This document shows positions 47,328 to 55,993 of a DNA stretch of 64,000 bases, in pieces. The position numbers and the translations under genes were made by a program. Under the pieces are notes generated by a model, which did no database searches, had not been told where the DNA came from, and worked only from the letters and a program-made list of their open reading frames with translations. Position 1 is the first letter of the stretch; the number at the start of each line of letters is the position of its first letter. Source of the stretch: a virus; IMG/VR virus record IMGVR_UViG_3300009514_000374, positions 64,001 to 128,000 of that record; one strand, given 5' to 3'.

Positions 47328-48134
47328 ATGCGGATCTTTCTGGTAAGGCATGGGCAGAGTCGTTCCAACGCGGATTGGACGGAGAACACTCGCGTTGCGG
47401 ACCACGCGATCGAGTTGACAGATGCGGGCCACGAGCAGGCCCGCAAGGCGGGCATGGCCCTCGCCGAGTACCTACGCGAGCATCACCTTGATCGGGCGCC
47501 TGTTTCTGCCTCGCACACGGGCTACCACATCCCGAAGATCCGGTTGTGGCACAGCCCGTACAAGCGCACGCGACAGACGGCGGCGGGTTTGGAGGAAACG
47601 TGCCTCTTGCCTGGTCTTGGCTCCGACCCGTCGATGAATCGCACACAGTATCGCATCCCCGTCGATGATCGGACCTTTCAGCTTCGCCAGGATTCGGAGT
47701 CGTGGTTTTGGGACAAGCGGGAGCACATGCTCCTGGCCGAGCAGCAGTTCGGAGTGTTCGACGGCCTGAGCGACGAGGAACGGGAGAAGGAGTACCCGCG
47801 CGAGCACGCCTACTACGAAAAGTGCAAGCGGTTTGAGGGCAAGCTCTGGCCGAAGATGCCGCTCGGCGAGTCTCGCTTTGAGGTTTGCCAGCGAGTGCAT
47901 CAGGCGTTCGGGTCGTTTCACCGTGATGCAACCAAGCACGGCATCGAGAACATTGTCGTGGTCGGCCACGGTACGACCAATCGGGCGTTCGTTCAGATGT
48001 GGCTGCACAAGCCTTGGGAGTGGATGCACGAGGAACCGAATCCGCTCAACTGCTCGATCCGCTTGATTGAGGATGGCGAGGACATCGGCTACATCTTCGA
48101 CGGGTTCAAGGGCGGACAGCACAAGGGGCAGTGA
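47328..48134 (+). CDS. histidine phosphatase (phosphoglycerate mutase family)
   Basis: LVRHGQS, SPYKRTRQT, EQQFG, GES, VVGHG. Confidence 0.9.
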   Translation: MRIFLVRHGQSRSNADWTENTRVADHAIELTDAGHEQARKAGMALAEYLREHHLDRAPVSASHTGYHIPKIRLWHSPYKRTRQTAAGLEETCLLPGLGSDPSMNRTQYRIPVDDRTFQLRQDSESWFWDKREHMLLAEQQFGVFDGLSDEEREKEYPREHAYYEKCKRFEGKLWPKMPLGESRFEVCQRVHQAFGSFHRDATKHGIENIVVVGHGTTNRAFVQMWLHKPWEWMHEEPNPLNCSIRLIEDGEDIGYIFDGFKGGQHKGQ

Positions 48135-48138
48135 TTCG

Positions 48139-48486
48139 ATGAAAGCCTCTGACGTAAAGGAGATCGTCAATTGGCTCCGCAGTTGGAAGGACGGGCCTCG
48201 TCAGCCAGACTGGACGTTCAAGGCGGCTGACGCCATCGAGGCTCGATTCATGCCCAAGGTCGAGGTTCCCGAGGGAGCCAAGCACGAGCTAGAGAACGAC
48301 GCCTGCTACGCCTTCCGGTGTGGCGCGTGCAAGCGCTACTGGACCGAGGCTTGGGGGTCGATGGACGACGTGTCGGGGCTCGACCCCGAACCGGGCATGG
48401 AGGTTGAGTGCCAGCACTGTGGTACCGAGCTTCGCTTGGCGTGTTGGGATCCAGACATGGAAGGGATGTACGACGAGGATGGGTAA
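48139..48486 (+). CDS. Zn-ribbon hypothetical protein
   Basis: CGAC and CQHC. Confidence 0.6.
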   Translation: MKASDVKEIVNWLRSWKDGPRQPDWTFKAADAIEARFMPKVEVPEGAKHELENDACYAFRCGACKRYWTEAWGSMDDVSGLDPEPGMEVECQHCGTELRLACWDPDMEGMYDEDG

Positions 48487-49219
48487 TGCGTGGGATGATT
48501 TCGAGTTTGAGGCTAACGACCTAAGCGCCTACTCTAGTGAACAGCTTTTGGCCGAGCTTGCCCGCAGGGGGGTGAAGCGTGCGGGCAACGTGCCCCATGC
48601 GGAGCTTGAGGGGGTGTCTCGGACGATGACCTGTGAGATTCGTGGGGATGTATGCGAGGTTCAGTTGCCCTCTTTGAGTGAAGCCGATGGGCAGTTATCG
48701 GCCGTAGCCTACCAAGAAGCGCTTTTTCGTCGGGCGTTTGGCCGAGGTGGTTCAAGATGCCTGTGTGACAGCCGAGCCGGTGTTGAGAGCCGATCGATTG
48801 CCGGAAGCTCAGCCGCGACCTTGTGTTGGATGTGTCACCGTTACCGTGAAAATGGTGGGCGGTGGATTGATATGACAAGAACGGATAGTGAGGGGCCTCC
48901 CAAATGGGTCCAGTCAAAGGCGCGTCAATGGACGATTTTGCGACGCTGGAATTTGATTTCACGACCCGAGGGGCAGGACAGTAAAACCACGTCTCATGGG
49001 GTTTGGAAGCCGGAGCCCCTTGCCTACGAGTTCATCGCGGGCAACGTAAAAGTGCCCGATGAAATCCACACCTACAAGAACAAGGTGATTGGGCGGTCGA
49101 GGAAGCTCGTGAGCATCCAAGATGTCGTAGGCAACCAGTTTGTCCTTGAAAAAGTGTTGCGAGGCGAATTTGCGGCTGAGAATTTTCGCTTTGAGACTCG
49201 CCGTAAAAAACGCTCATAG
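48479..49219 (+). CDS. hypothetical protein with atypical codon usage
   Basis: Long ORF with many T-ending codons. Confidence 0.55.
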   Translation: MGNAWDDFEFEANDLSAYSSEQLLAELARRGVKRAGNVPHAELEGVSRTMTCEIRGDVCEVQLPSLSEADGQLSAVAYQEALFRRAFGRGGSRCLCDSRAGVESRSIAGSSAATLCWMCHRYRENGGRWIDMTRTDSEGPPKWVQSKARQWTILRRWNLISRPEGQDSKTTSHGVWKPEPLAYEFIAGNVKVPDEIHTYKNKVIGRSRKLVSIQDVVGNQFVLEKVLRGEFAAENFRFETRRKKRS

Positions 49220-49260
49220 GCTCAACTTGGCTCGCCGCGAAGCTCGGGTAGAATCTAGTC

Positions 49261-49755
49261 ATGCACGGGATTGGCGATCTTCTCGACGCCGCCTTTGCGG
49301 CGAAACGAACCATGAAATTCACCTGGCTAGACCGACCTCTCAATGCAGGAGCAGCCGTGAGCGAAGCGACCCTTGTGGGAGTGCGCTGCATACCCTTGGG
49401 CGCCGTGGGCTACGAGAACGACCTCGACCTGATTGCTCGGGAGCAGGGGTACACACAACGCGACGAGATACATTTGTCGCCGCTCACGCCTGACCTGACT
49501 CGGATCTGCGCGACCTACTCCGAGGAACATCGCCACACGGAGGACGAGGTTCGATTCGTCGTGGACGGGGAAGGCAGCTTCGATGTGAGATCTCAGGACG
49601 ACGACTGGATTCGGATCCACGTCGAGCCCGGTGATTTCCTGATCCTGCCCGCAGGTCTTTATCACAGGTTCCACCTGACCGAGACTAAGGACATCCGGGT
49701 GATCCGCATGTTCAAGGACAAGCAGGGCTGGACACCGATCTACCGAGGCGAGTAG
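49261..49755 (+). CDS. mtnD: acireductone dioxygenase (cupin)
   Basis: EEHRHTEDEVRF..G.G.FDVR...WIRI....GD.LILPAG.YHRF. Confidence 0.88.
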   Translation: MHGIGDLLDAAFAAKRTMKFTWLDRPLNAGAAVSEATLVGVRCIPLGAVGYENDLDLIAREQGYTQRDEIHLSPLTPDLTRICATYSEEHRHTEDEVRFVVDGEGSFDVRSQDDDWIRIHVEPGDFLILPAGLYHRFHLTETKDIRVIRMFKDKQGWTPIYRGE

Positions 49756-49917
49756 AGTAGGGGCGTTGCAACACGCGGCCTGGCCCCGGCCTCCAACAAG
49801 CTCCGCAGACCACGTTCTGAGCCAGGCGGGACGAGCAGGATAGATGCCTGTGCTGGTCACGAACCGCGTCCGTGAAGCCGAACGCTGCGCCCTCCAGTGA
49901 GATTGCGGAGAGGGTAC

Positions 49918-49947
49918 TTGACATCCACCCCTGAGTCCTTCTAGGCT
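49918..49947 (+). promoter_or_regulatory. sigma70-type promoter
   Basis: TTGACA-N18-TAGGCT. Confidence 0.6.
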
Positions 49948-50030
49948 CCCAACTCGTGCTGATTGCACCACAACTTGTTTTGCGAGGACGGGCGCCGCCG
50001 TAGCCGATTTCCTAACTGGAAATCGCAGCT

Positions 50031-50342
50031 ATGAGCAACAACCTCGTCCCCAACAACAAGAGCCACAACCCCAACCTTCGCGGAGCGATCCGCAAGAGCA
50101 ACGACCCCCGCTACAAGCGGGTGCTCGTCGGGTACCGCATGGTGCCCATGGCGTCGTCTCATGTGGAGACGCCAGCGGGTAAGACCCGTTGCCAGCTTTG
50201 CTGGTTGCTCAACGCGACGACGCCGACGCCGGGCCAGAAGGCGAAGGACCACTTTTGCCGGTGGAACATCGCGGCCGAGGGACCGCGCGACCCGAACCCG
50301 CCCATGCGGCAGGTGCCGGTGTATCGGTGGGTCGAAAAGTGA
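50031..50342 (+). CDS. hypothetical basic protein
   Basis: ORF downstream of the sigma70-type promoter. Confidence 0.55.
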   Translation: MSNNLVPNNKSHNPNLRGAIRKSNDPRYKRVLVGYRMVPMASSHVETPAGKTRCQLCWLLNATTPTPGQKAKDHFCRWNIAAEGPRDPNPPMRQVPVYRWVEK

Positions 50343-50346
50343 CCCG

Positions 50347-50616
50347 CTAGGTGTCTTTCATCTGGCCCTGCGAGTAGAGGTCGTGGTCGCGTTCGATGAA
50401 GGCCACGGTCTCTGGATCGCAAAACCAGTGGAAGGCCAGCATCTCACGCTCGGCGTGTTCGATGACCTTCGCTCGTGGGTAGCCCTGCGAGCGGAGGTCG
50501 GCGTGTTCACGTTTCAATTGATCCGCAACCTCGGGTGGGAGATCCGCAAATGCGTTCTCTTCCTCCCACTCAAAGTGGCATTTCAGACAGCACGATGGTT
50601 TCGCAGAGGCCATCAC
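50347..50616 (-). CDS. hemerythrin-like small protein
   Basis: HFEWEE...EH..L...HAEREM...DH. Confidence 0.55.
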   Translation of the reverse strand: MMASAKPSCCLKCHFEWEEENAFADLPPEVADQLKREHADLRSQGYPRAKVIEHAEREMLAFHWFCDPETVAFIERDHDLYSQGQMKDT

Positions 50617-50649
50617 TCAATCCGACCTATAGACGGGGTAAGGTGACTC

Positions 50650-50883
50650 GTGGACCGACGTAAGCGAATGATCTCTCGCAGGAATGCCAAACAGCGGAAG
50701 GCCGAGGCCGGAGAACCGCTTTCCCGCAACGGGTATTGGGGCGCGGGCAAGACCGAACCGGGCAACAACAGCCCGAAGCCGGGCTCCAAGCTGATTTTCA
50801 AGCCGGGTACGGCCGCCATCGCGGGTGTTTGGGAGCCGGGGTCGGACGGTGACCCTCCGGCCACCCCACACGAACAGCCGTAG
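50650..50883 (+). CDS. hypothetical protein
   Basis: ORF with a leaderless-type motif. Confidence 0.5.
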   Translation: MDRRKRMISRRNAKQRKAEAGEPLSRNGYWGAGKTEPGNNSPKPGSKLIFKPGTAAIAGVWEPGSDGDPPATPHEQP

Positions 50884-50918
50884 ATCAGGCTATACGGGTC
50901 CACTGGTAGTGGACCCGT
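50881..50918 (+). promoter_or_regulatory. late-type motif with an 11-bp hairpin covering the start codon
   Basis: TAG ATCAGG CTAT; ACGGGTCCACT-GGT-AGTGGACCCGT. Confidence 0.6.
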
Positions 50919-51580
50919 CCGCGAAAACGGTTGCTGCGCGCCACATGCGGCGCACCGCTGCGCGTGAGATCGAAGCCTCGATCAACAAGGCGATCGTCCC
51001 GCTCACGGCGCATTGGAAGCCTGCGGGTGCGCCCGTGACGAACGAGGACAAGGCCCGAGCCCGTCTCTCCGACGCCGAGATGGCGGAGTGGCTGGAGGAA
51101 ATGCGGCCCGAAGCACGGATCGGACACATCCGAGGTGTGTTTGGGATCGAAATGGGCCGCCATCGCCAGTGGCTTGCGCTGGAGATCCCCATTGTCGTTG
51201 GGGACGATGGGAAGGTCGTCACCTACGGTCCCATGTTCGGTGAGCACGATGTTCGGTTCATCCGAGGCAGCGAGAAGCCATTTCGGACGGAGCCACAGCT
51301 AGCCGAGGCGATCGTGTATCTCCTGGCCGGTCAGGGCTCCCTGGATGGCCCCCTGACCGTCAGAGCCAAGGCGACGGTGTGGGAGAGCCTGATGGGTGCG
51401 CTCAAGGTGAGCGTCGGTGAGGGTTTCTGGAAAGTGAAGCCGGGCCATGGCTACGCGGCTCAGGACATTCGCCCCAAGGCTTCCCCGTTCGTGGAGCGGA
51501 TGGTCGGCCATCTCACGGCTGAGTGGGCTCGGGAAACCGGCTACTCACCCATGCTTTCGCCTGCATGGCAAAGCGCCTGA
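50909..51580 (+). CDS. tag-B protein
   Basis: MDPSAKTVAARHMRRTA. Confidence 0.65.
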   Translation: MDPSAKTVAARHMRRTAAREIEASINKAIVPLTAHWKPAGAPVTNEDKARARLSDAEMAEWLEEMRPEARIGHIRGVFGIEMGRHRQWLALEIPIVVGDDGKVVTYGPMFGEHDVRFIRGSEKPFRTEPQLAEAIVYLLAGQGSLDGPLTVRAKATVWESLMGALKVSVGEGFWKVKPGHGYAAQDIRPKASPFVERMVGHLTAEWARETGYSPMLSPAWQSA

Positions 51581-51588
51581 TGCGCCGC

Positions 51589-51616
51589 TAGTTTCTCTAT
51601 GCCCAGACCCCGATAG
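51589..51616 (+). promoter_or_regulatory. late-type promoter motif
   Basis: TAG TTTCT CTAT GCCCAGACCCCGA TAG. Confidence 0.6.
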
Positions 51617-51625
51617 GAGCCGCCG

Positions 51626-51997
51626 ATGTCCCTACGCAAGAAGCTGATCCGACTCGCCTACGAGAAGCCCGAGCTTCGATCCGATCTGATTCCGCTGATC
51701 AAGGTCGCTGCTCGTGTCGGCGACTCCACTTGGCGATCGATGCTCAAGGATCTGGAACGAGGCAAGCCGGGCAACTGGAGCTTCGACGGCCGTGGGCTTC
51801 GGGAGTTGGAGAACTGGATCGTGGAGCAAGGTGGCAAGGCAATTTCGCCTTCGTCACGTTTCTCCGAAGGCGACCAGATCAACTACACCCTGAACGGGAT
51901 CAGCCTTGAGGGTACCTCGGGAAATTTCATGGGTCCGTTCACGCAGGTTCAGGCGCAGCGCGGCATGTGGCGCGGCACTCCGTATCTCGGTGATTAA
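51626..51997 (+). CDS. small tag-A protein
   Basis: MSLRKKLIRLAYEKPELRSDLIPLIKVA. Confidence 0.75.
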   Translation: MSLRKKLIRLAYEKPELRSDLIPLIKVAARVGDSTWRSMLKDLERGKPGNWSFDGRGLRELENWIVEQGGKAISPSSRFSEGDQINYTLNGISLEGTSGNFMGPFTQVQAQRGMWRGTPYLGD

Positions 51998-52743
51998 TGG
52001 CTAGTCCGATCAAGCTCCGCGACGGTTCCGAGGTTCAAGACAAGCGCCTGGCACGGTTGCGGGAATTCGATGAACGCTCACGGAAACATCCTGTGAGAGC
52101 CACGGTGTCGGCCAAGGCACCGCGCAGTTACACTTGGCGTTGCGACACGTATCTCGATCAGGGAAGCGAAGGCGCGTGTGTGGGCTTCTCCATGGCACAT
52201 GAGCTTGCGGCCCGCCCTGCCGAGGTGAAAAACCTCGATGCTAAGTTTGCCCGCGAGCAGGTCTATTGGGAGGCGCAGCGGACTGACCCGTGGGAGGGAG
52301 GCTCGTACCCTGGAGCCTCCCCGATTTACGAAGGCACGTCGGTCCTTGCTGGCGTGAAGGTCCTGCGGAAGCTCGGGTACATCGAGTCCTACAAGTGGGC
52401 GTTTGGCTTGGACGACCTCGTGATGGCTGTGGGCTACGCAGGCCCCGCTGTCCTTGGGATTGCCTGGTACGACGGCATGTTCGACGTGATGCCGTGCGGA
52501 CATCTCCATGTGCTTGGAGAGGCGGCTGGAGGGCACGCGATCTTGTGCAAAGGCGTGAACGTCGCTGACCGCACCTTTACCCTTCATAATTCGTGGGGAG
52601 AGTCTTGGGGTCGGGGGGGTGATGCCTTGATCTCGTGGGACGAGATGGATCGTTTGCTTCACGAACAGGGTGAAGCAGTGATTCCTATGGGGCGTGTTCG
52701 TTCCCCGTTGGTGCGTGCGCTTAGTCGGCTCGTGGGTCGATAA
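51997..52743 (+). CDS. papain-like (C1) cysteine peptidase
   Basis: DQGSEGACVGF, GGHAI, NSWGESWG. Confidence 0.88.
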   Translation: MASPIKLRDGSEVQDKRLARLREFDERSRKHPVRATVSAKAPRSYTWRCDTYLDQGSEGACVGFSMAHELAARPAEVKNLDAKFAREQVYWEAQRTDPWEGGSYPGASPIYEGTSVLAGVKVLRKLGYIESYKWAFGLDDLVMAVGYAGPAVLGIAWYDGMFDVMPCGHLHVLGEAAGGHAILCKGVNVADRTFTLHNSWGESWGRGGDALISWDEMDRLLHEQGEAVIPMGRVRSPLVRALSRLVGR

Positions 52744-52790
52744 TCTGCCGAAAGCGTGCGCCGCCACACGATCCAATTCACAATTGGATC

Positions 52791-53333
52791 GTGTTTCGTA
52801 GGTTGTTCGTGTATGTCCTTGTGCTCTTTTGCATCGGATGCGCACACGCACCCGCGCCACGCCCGTTCATCTTCCATATCGCACTCCACGTTCCCACCGA
52901 CGCTGACTACGAGGACGACGTTGCGTTCGCCATCGAGACGTTCGCCAAGCATGGCGTCGAGGTACGAGTGGACTACACGACTGAGGCCGAGGATTTCGTT
53001 CTCGATCGTGAGATGCAAAAGAAGATGTCCCGCTCGGCCTCCTTGGGCGGTCCTGTTCCGGTGTACTACGTGGACACGATCGTTCTGCGCAAGGGGGACG
53101 ACGACAAGGAGTACAACGGGCTGCACTGGATACGGAACCGGAAGAACTACATCGCCGTCGCAAAGGATGCGAAACCAAGCACTCTCGCCCACGAGATCGG
53201 GCACGCTCTTGGCCTCGGGCATCTCACGGATGCCAAGGACAATATCATGTGCGGAGATCGTGGCGAGAACCCTGGCTTCACGGAATGGCAGGGCAAGGTA
53301 ATGCGGCGCGGCCGAGCCTTGAAAGCTCGGTAG
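52791..53333 (+). CDS. matrixin-like metzincin peptidase, probable lipoprotein
   Basis: HEIGHALGLGH...NIM; signal peptide ending CIG-C. Confidence 0.8.
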   Translation: MFRRLFVYVLVLFCIGCAHAPAPRPFIFHIALHVPTDADYEDDVAFAIETFAKHGVEVRVDYTTEAEDFVLDREMQKKMSRSASLGGPVPVYYVDTIVLRKGDDDKEYNGLHWIRNRKNYIAVAKDAKPSTLAHEIGHALGLGHLTDAKDNIMCGDRGENPGFTEWQGKVMRRGRALKAR

Positions 53334-53342
53334 AGTGTCCGC

Positions 53343-53897
53343 GTGGCGGTTTTCTTGCCCGATAAATTCGTGTACCTGGCGACTCCTTACACGGGGTCGA
53401 TGGCCGCGAAAAGGGTGTTGGAGAAGATTCCCGGCACATTCGTTAGCCCACACCACCACGACCCGTGGGAGTATGTGAAGGAGCGGTGGGGAAATCGCAT
53501 GACGGGCAACGAGCTTGTGTTTGCGTGCGTGCGCAACCCCTACGACTGGTTCGCAACGGCTTTCATCCGTTGGAGCCCGAGCATGAAGATCGACACCCTT
53601 GCCGAATTTGTGCGTGTCTTCGATCGAGACCCCTTCATCCAGAACGGCCGGATGTTTTGGCAGATCGTGGATGGCGTACAGGTGTGGAAATACGAAACGC
53701 TGGAGCGTGACCTGAACGTGCTCATGGAAGTTAACGAATTGCCGCCTGTGGAGTTGGATCGGACGAACGTAACCGGCCGCAAGCAGAAGCCGTGGCCGGA
53801 CTATTGGGATGCCGAAGCCGGGAAAGCGTTGCAAGAGCGGTTCGGAGACGAGCTTGTGCCCTACGGTTATCCGTCGCTAAAATGGAGTACACCATGA
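53343..53897 (+). CDS. sulfotransferase-fold protein
   Basis: YLATPYTGS, FACVRNPYDW, KYETL..DL. Confidence 0.7.
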   Translation: MAVFLPDKFVYLATPYTGSMAAKRVLEKIPGTFVSPHHHDPWEYVKERWGNRMTGNELVFACVRNPYDWFATAFIRWSPSMKIDTLAEFVRVFDRDPFIQNGRMFWQIVDGVQVWKYETLERDLNVLMEVNELPPVELDRTNVTGRKQKPWPDYWDAEAGKALQERFGDELVPYGYPSLKWSTP

Positions 53898-54307
53898 CGC
53901 CTGATGAGATCTACGAACGCTTGGGGCTGATCGAGCCTATCGTGCATCGAGTTGCAGCCAAGCATCGAGTCCGGCAACTGCAAGGTGCCGGAGAGTTGCC
54001 TGACTACTCCACGGGTCGGCGGTCAGGAAAGACGACGGAGACGATCATCAGGGCGCTGGCGGCCTTGTCCGAAACGGACAAGGTTGTGATGATCGTGGAC
54101 AGCCTGCAACACAAGCAGTCGCTTCGGCAGGCGCAACGGTGGGCGAGTGAGCTTGGCCTGGACGCCTCTCGGCTCCGAGTCAGCAACGGCCGGAATTACG
54201 GGTTCCATCGAGGATGGGATCGAGATCGAATTTTTGTGGACCCGGATGCGTGGCAGGACATGGACCTGCACGACCGCGCGTACCTCAACACCGTAGATCC
54301 GCGCTAG
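53894..54307 (+). CDS. small terminase-like P-loop fragment
   Basis: GRRSGKTT identical to the TerL Walker A; IFVD Walker-B-like. Confidence 0.55.
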   Translation: MTPDEIYERLGLIEPIVHRVAAKHRVRQLQGAGELPDYSTGRRSGKTTETIIRALAALSETDKVVMIVDSLQHKQSLRQAQRWASELGLDASRLRVSNGRNYGFHRGWDRDRIFVDPDAWQDMDLHDRAYLNTVDPR

Positions 54308-54332
54308 AGGGCCTATAGGGAGGCCACGGTAG
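54305..54332 (+). promoter_or_regulatory. late-type promoter motif
   Basis: TAG AGGGC CTAT AGGGAGGCCACGG TAG. Confidence 0.6.
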
Positions 54333-54370
54333 GAGTCCTGCGCTTTGCGCGGATCCCACGCCGAGGCCCC

Positions 54371-55009
54371 ATGCGCAAACAGATCGTCCCGTTTCTGCTG
54401 CTCGCGTTCGTGTTTCTGACTGGCTGTAAGGCCCTCAGTGCCCGTGTGCTGCCTCCGCCGACTTACGACGAGCAGTGCCAGCCGAGCGACAAGCGCTTCA
54501 TGGAGTGGGCCTTGGACACCCAAGACCTCGTTCCGATCGAGGAAATCTCGGCGGATCCAGAGGAATCGCTGGATCAGGTGATGGCTGAGCTTGATCGAGT
54601 TGGGCTCAAGATCGTGCCCAAGGGCGAGGTCGGGAACCCGCAGTGGGATGGCTTCACGACGACCTTCCCCGATTTCATCCTCGTCAGCGGAGATTGGGAA
54701 GGGAGGGGCGACGCGTCCAAGGCCGCTCTGCTTTGGCACGAGCTTGTCCACAAGGAGCAGTGGGACCGTCTCGGCCGCGAGGCGATGATCGCCCGGTACG
54801 CGACGGCTGCGGGCCGATGGTCCCTGGAGGTCGCGGCGTACCGGCAGTCGTTCCGTGTGCAACGGTTGTTCGGCATCCCCGAGGCTCAGATCCAAAGGAA
54901 CATGAAGGCGCGTGCCGAGTCTCTCTACGAAAAGTACCTGCTCGGCTCGTCCATGCCGGAGTGTACGCAGCAAACCTCGATCGACATTTGGATGCTGGAC
55001 GCCGCATGA
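54371..55009 (+). CDS. lipoprotein with a zincin HExxH motif
   Basis: LTG-C lipobox; WHELVH..Q...EVAAY. Confidence 0.75.
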   Translation: MRKQIVPFLLLAFVFLTGCKALSARVLPPPTYDEQCQPSDKRFMEWALDTQDLVPIEEISADPEESLDQVMAELDRVGLKIVPKGEVGNPQWDGFTTTFPDFILVSGDWEGRGDASKAALLWHELVHKEQWDRLGREAMIARYATAAGRWSLEVAAYRQSFRVQRLFGIPEAQIQRNMKARAESLYEKYLLGSSMPECTQQTSIDIWMLDAA

Positions 55010-55314
55010 AGCCTTCCGCGAAACGTATTGCTGCTCGATGGCCGGGCAAGGAAACCCCTGACCTGGAGGGCATGGGTGACGCTCTTGACGACCTGGCTGC
55101 CGACGAGCGAGAGATCGAGGTCATTGAAACGAACATCGCGGATCTCCGGCAAGCCAAGGTTGCATCGGGGAGGCGTCGTCTCGATCTGGTAAACACGGTC
55201 ACGACATCGCTGGTCGTGCTCATGGCGAACATGGGCGACGATCCTGCCTTGCGCTCGCGTTCACGGACCCTGCGCAACCAACTCAAACTGCTGCTCGGCG
55301 ATGTCCAAGACTGA
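55006..55314 (+). CDS. small tag-B protein
   Basis: MKPSAKRIAARW. Confidence 0.65.
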   Translation: MKPSAKRIAARWPGKETPDLEGMGDALDDLAADEREIEVIETNIADLRQAKVASGRRRLDLVNTVTTSLVVLMANMGDDPALRSRSRTLRNQLKLLLGDVQD

Positions 55315-55993
55315 GATCATCACGCTTGCGGGCCTGAAAGCTCGTTACCCGGAGAGCGGGCTGCGTCACTGGCTCTACGAATTTGCCGAGGACGAGATCG
55401 ACATCGGTTGGTGGCACGACATCGAGTTTGCTCCGACGCACAAGGTCGAATTCTTCTTGGCTGGTTCGCGCTCCGTTGCGTTCGTGGACTATGTGCTGTT
55501 GGAGTGCCCCGAGCACCACAACACGGATCGGCGAGTGGCGTACCTGCCTCAGAACCGAGGCGAGGATCCAGAATTTGCCCGCTTCCGTGCCTCGGCCTAC
55601 GCACGCAACCGGGACACGAACAAGTGGTGGCATCTCCAGAATCACGACCCGGAATGGGTGAAGGGTCGCGTCAAGGCGACACCTGTCACGTACATGCGTG
55701 AGCTTCCCGTTGAGCTTCGGCCCAACGAGGTTGTAGGCGGTTACGTGTATTTCATCCAAGGTGCGGTCGGAGGCCCGATCAAGATCGGGTGGTCGCAGGA
55801 CGTGGACAAGCGAGTGGCCGAGCTACAGACCGGGAACCCAGAACCTCTGAGCGTGATCAACATGATTCCGGGGACCAAAAACGACGAGCGGAGGCTTCAC
55901 GACCTGTTGGGGCACCTGCGCATTTCCGGGGAATGGTTCATGGATCATCCCGACGTTAGGAGATGGACCCGTGAGATCCAATTCGCGTCCTGA
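55301..55993 (+). CDS. T5orf172/GIY-YIG-like domain protein
   Basis: VYFIQ..IKIGWS..KRV.ELQTGNP..E..LH....GEWF. Confidence 0.85.
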   Translation: MSKTEIITLAGLKARYPESGLRHWLYEFAEDEIDIGWWHDIEFAPTHKVEFFLAGSRSVAFVDYVLLECPEHHNTDRRVAYLPQNRGEDPEFARFRASAYARNRDTNKWWHLQNHDPEWVKGRVKATPVTYMRELPVELRPNEVVGGYVYFIQGAVGGPIKIGWSQDVDKRVAELQTGNPEPLSVINMIPGTKNDERRLHDLLGHLRISGEWFMDHPDVRRWTREIQFAS

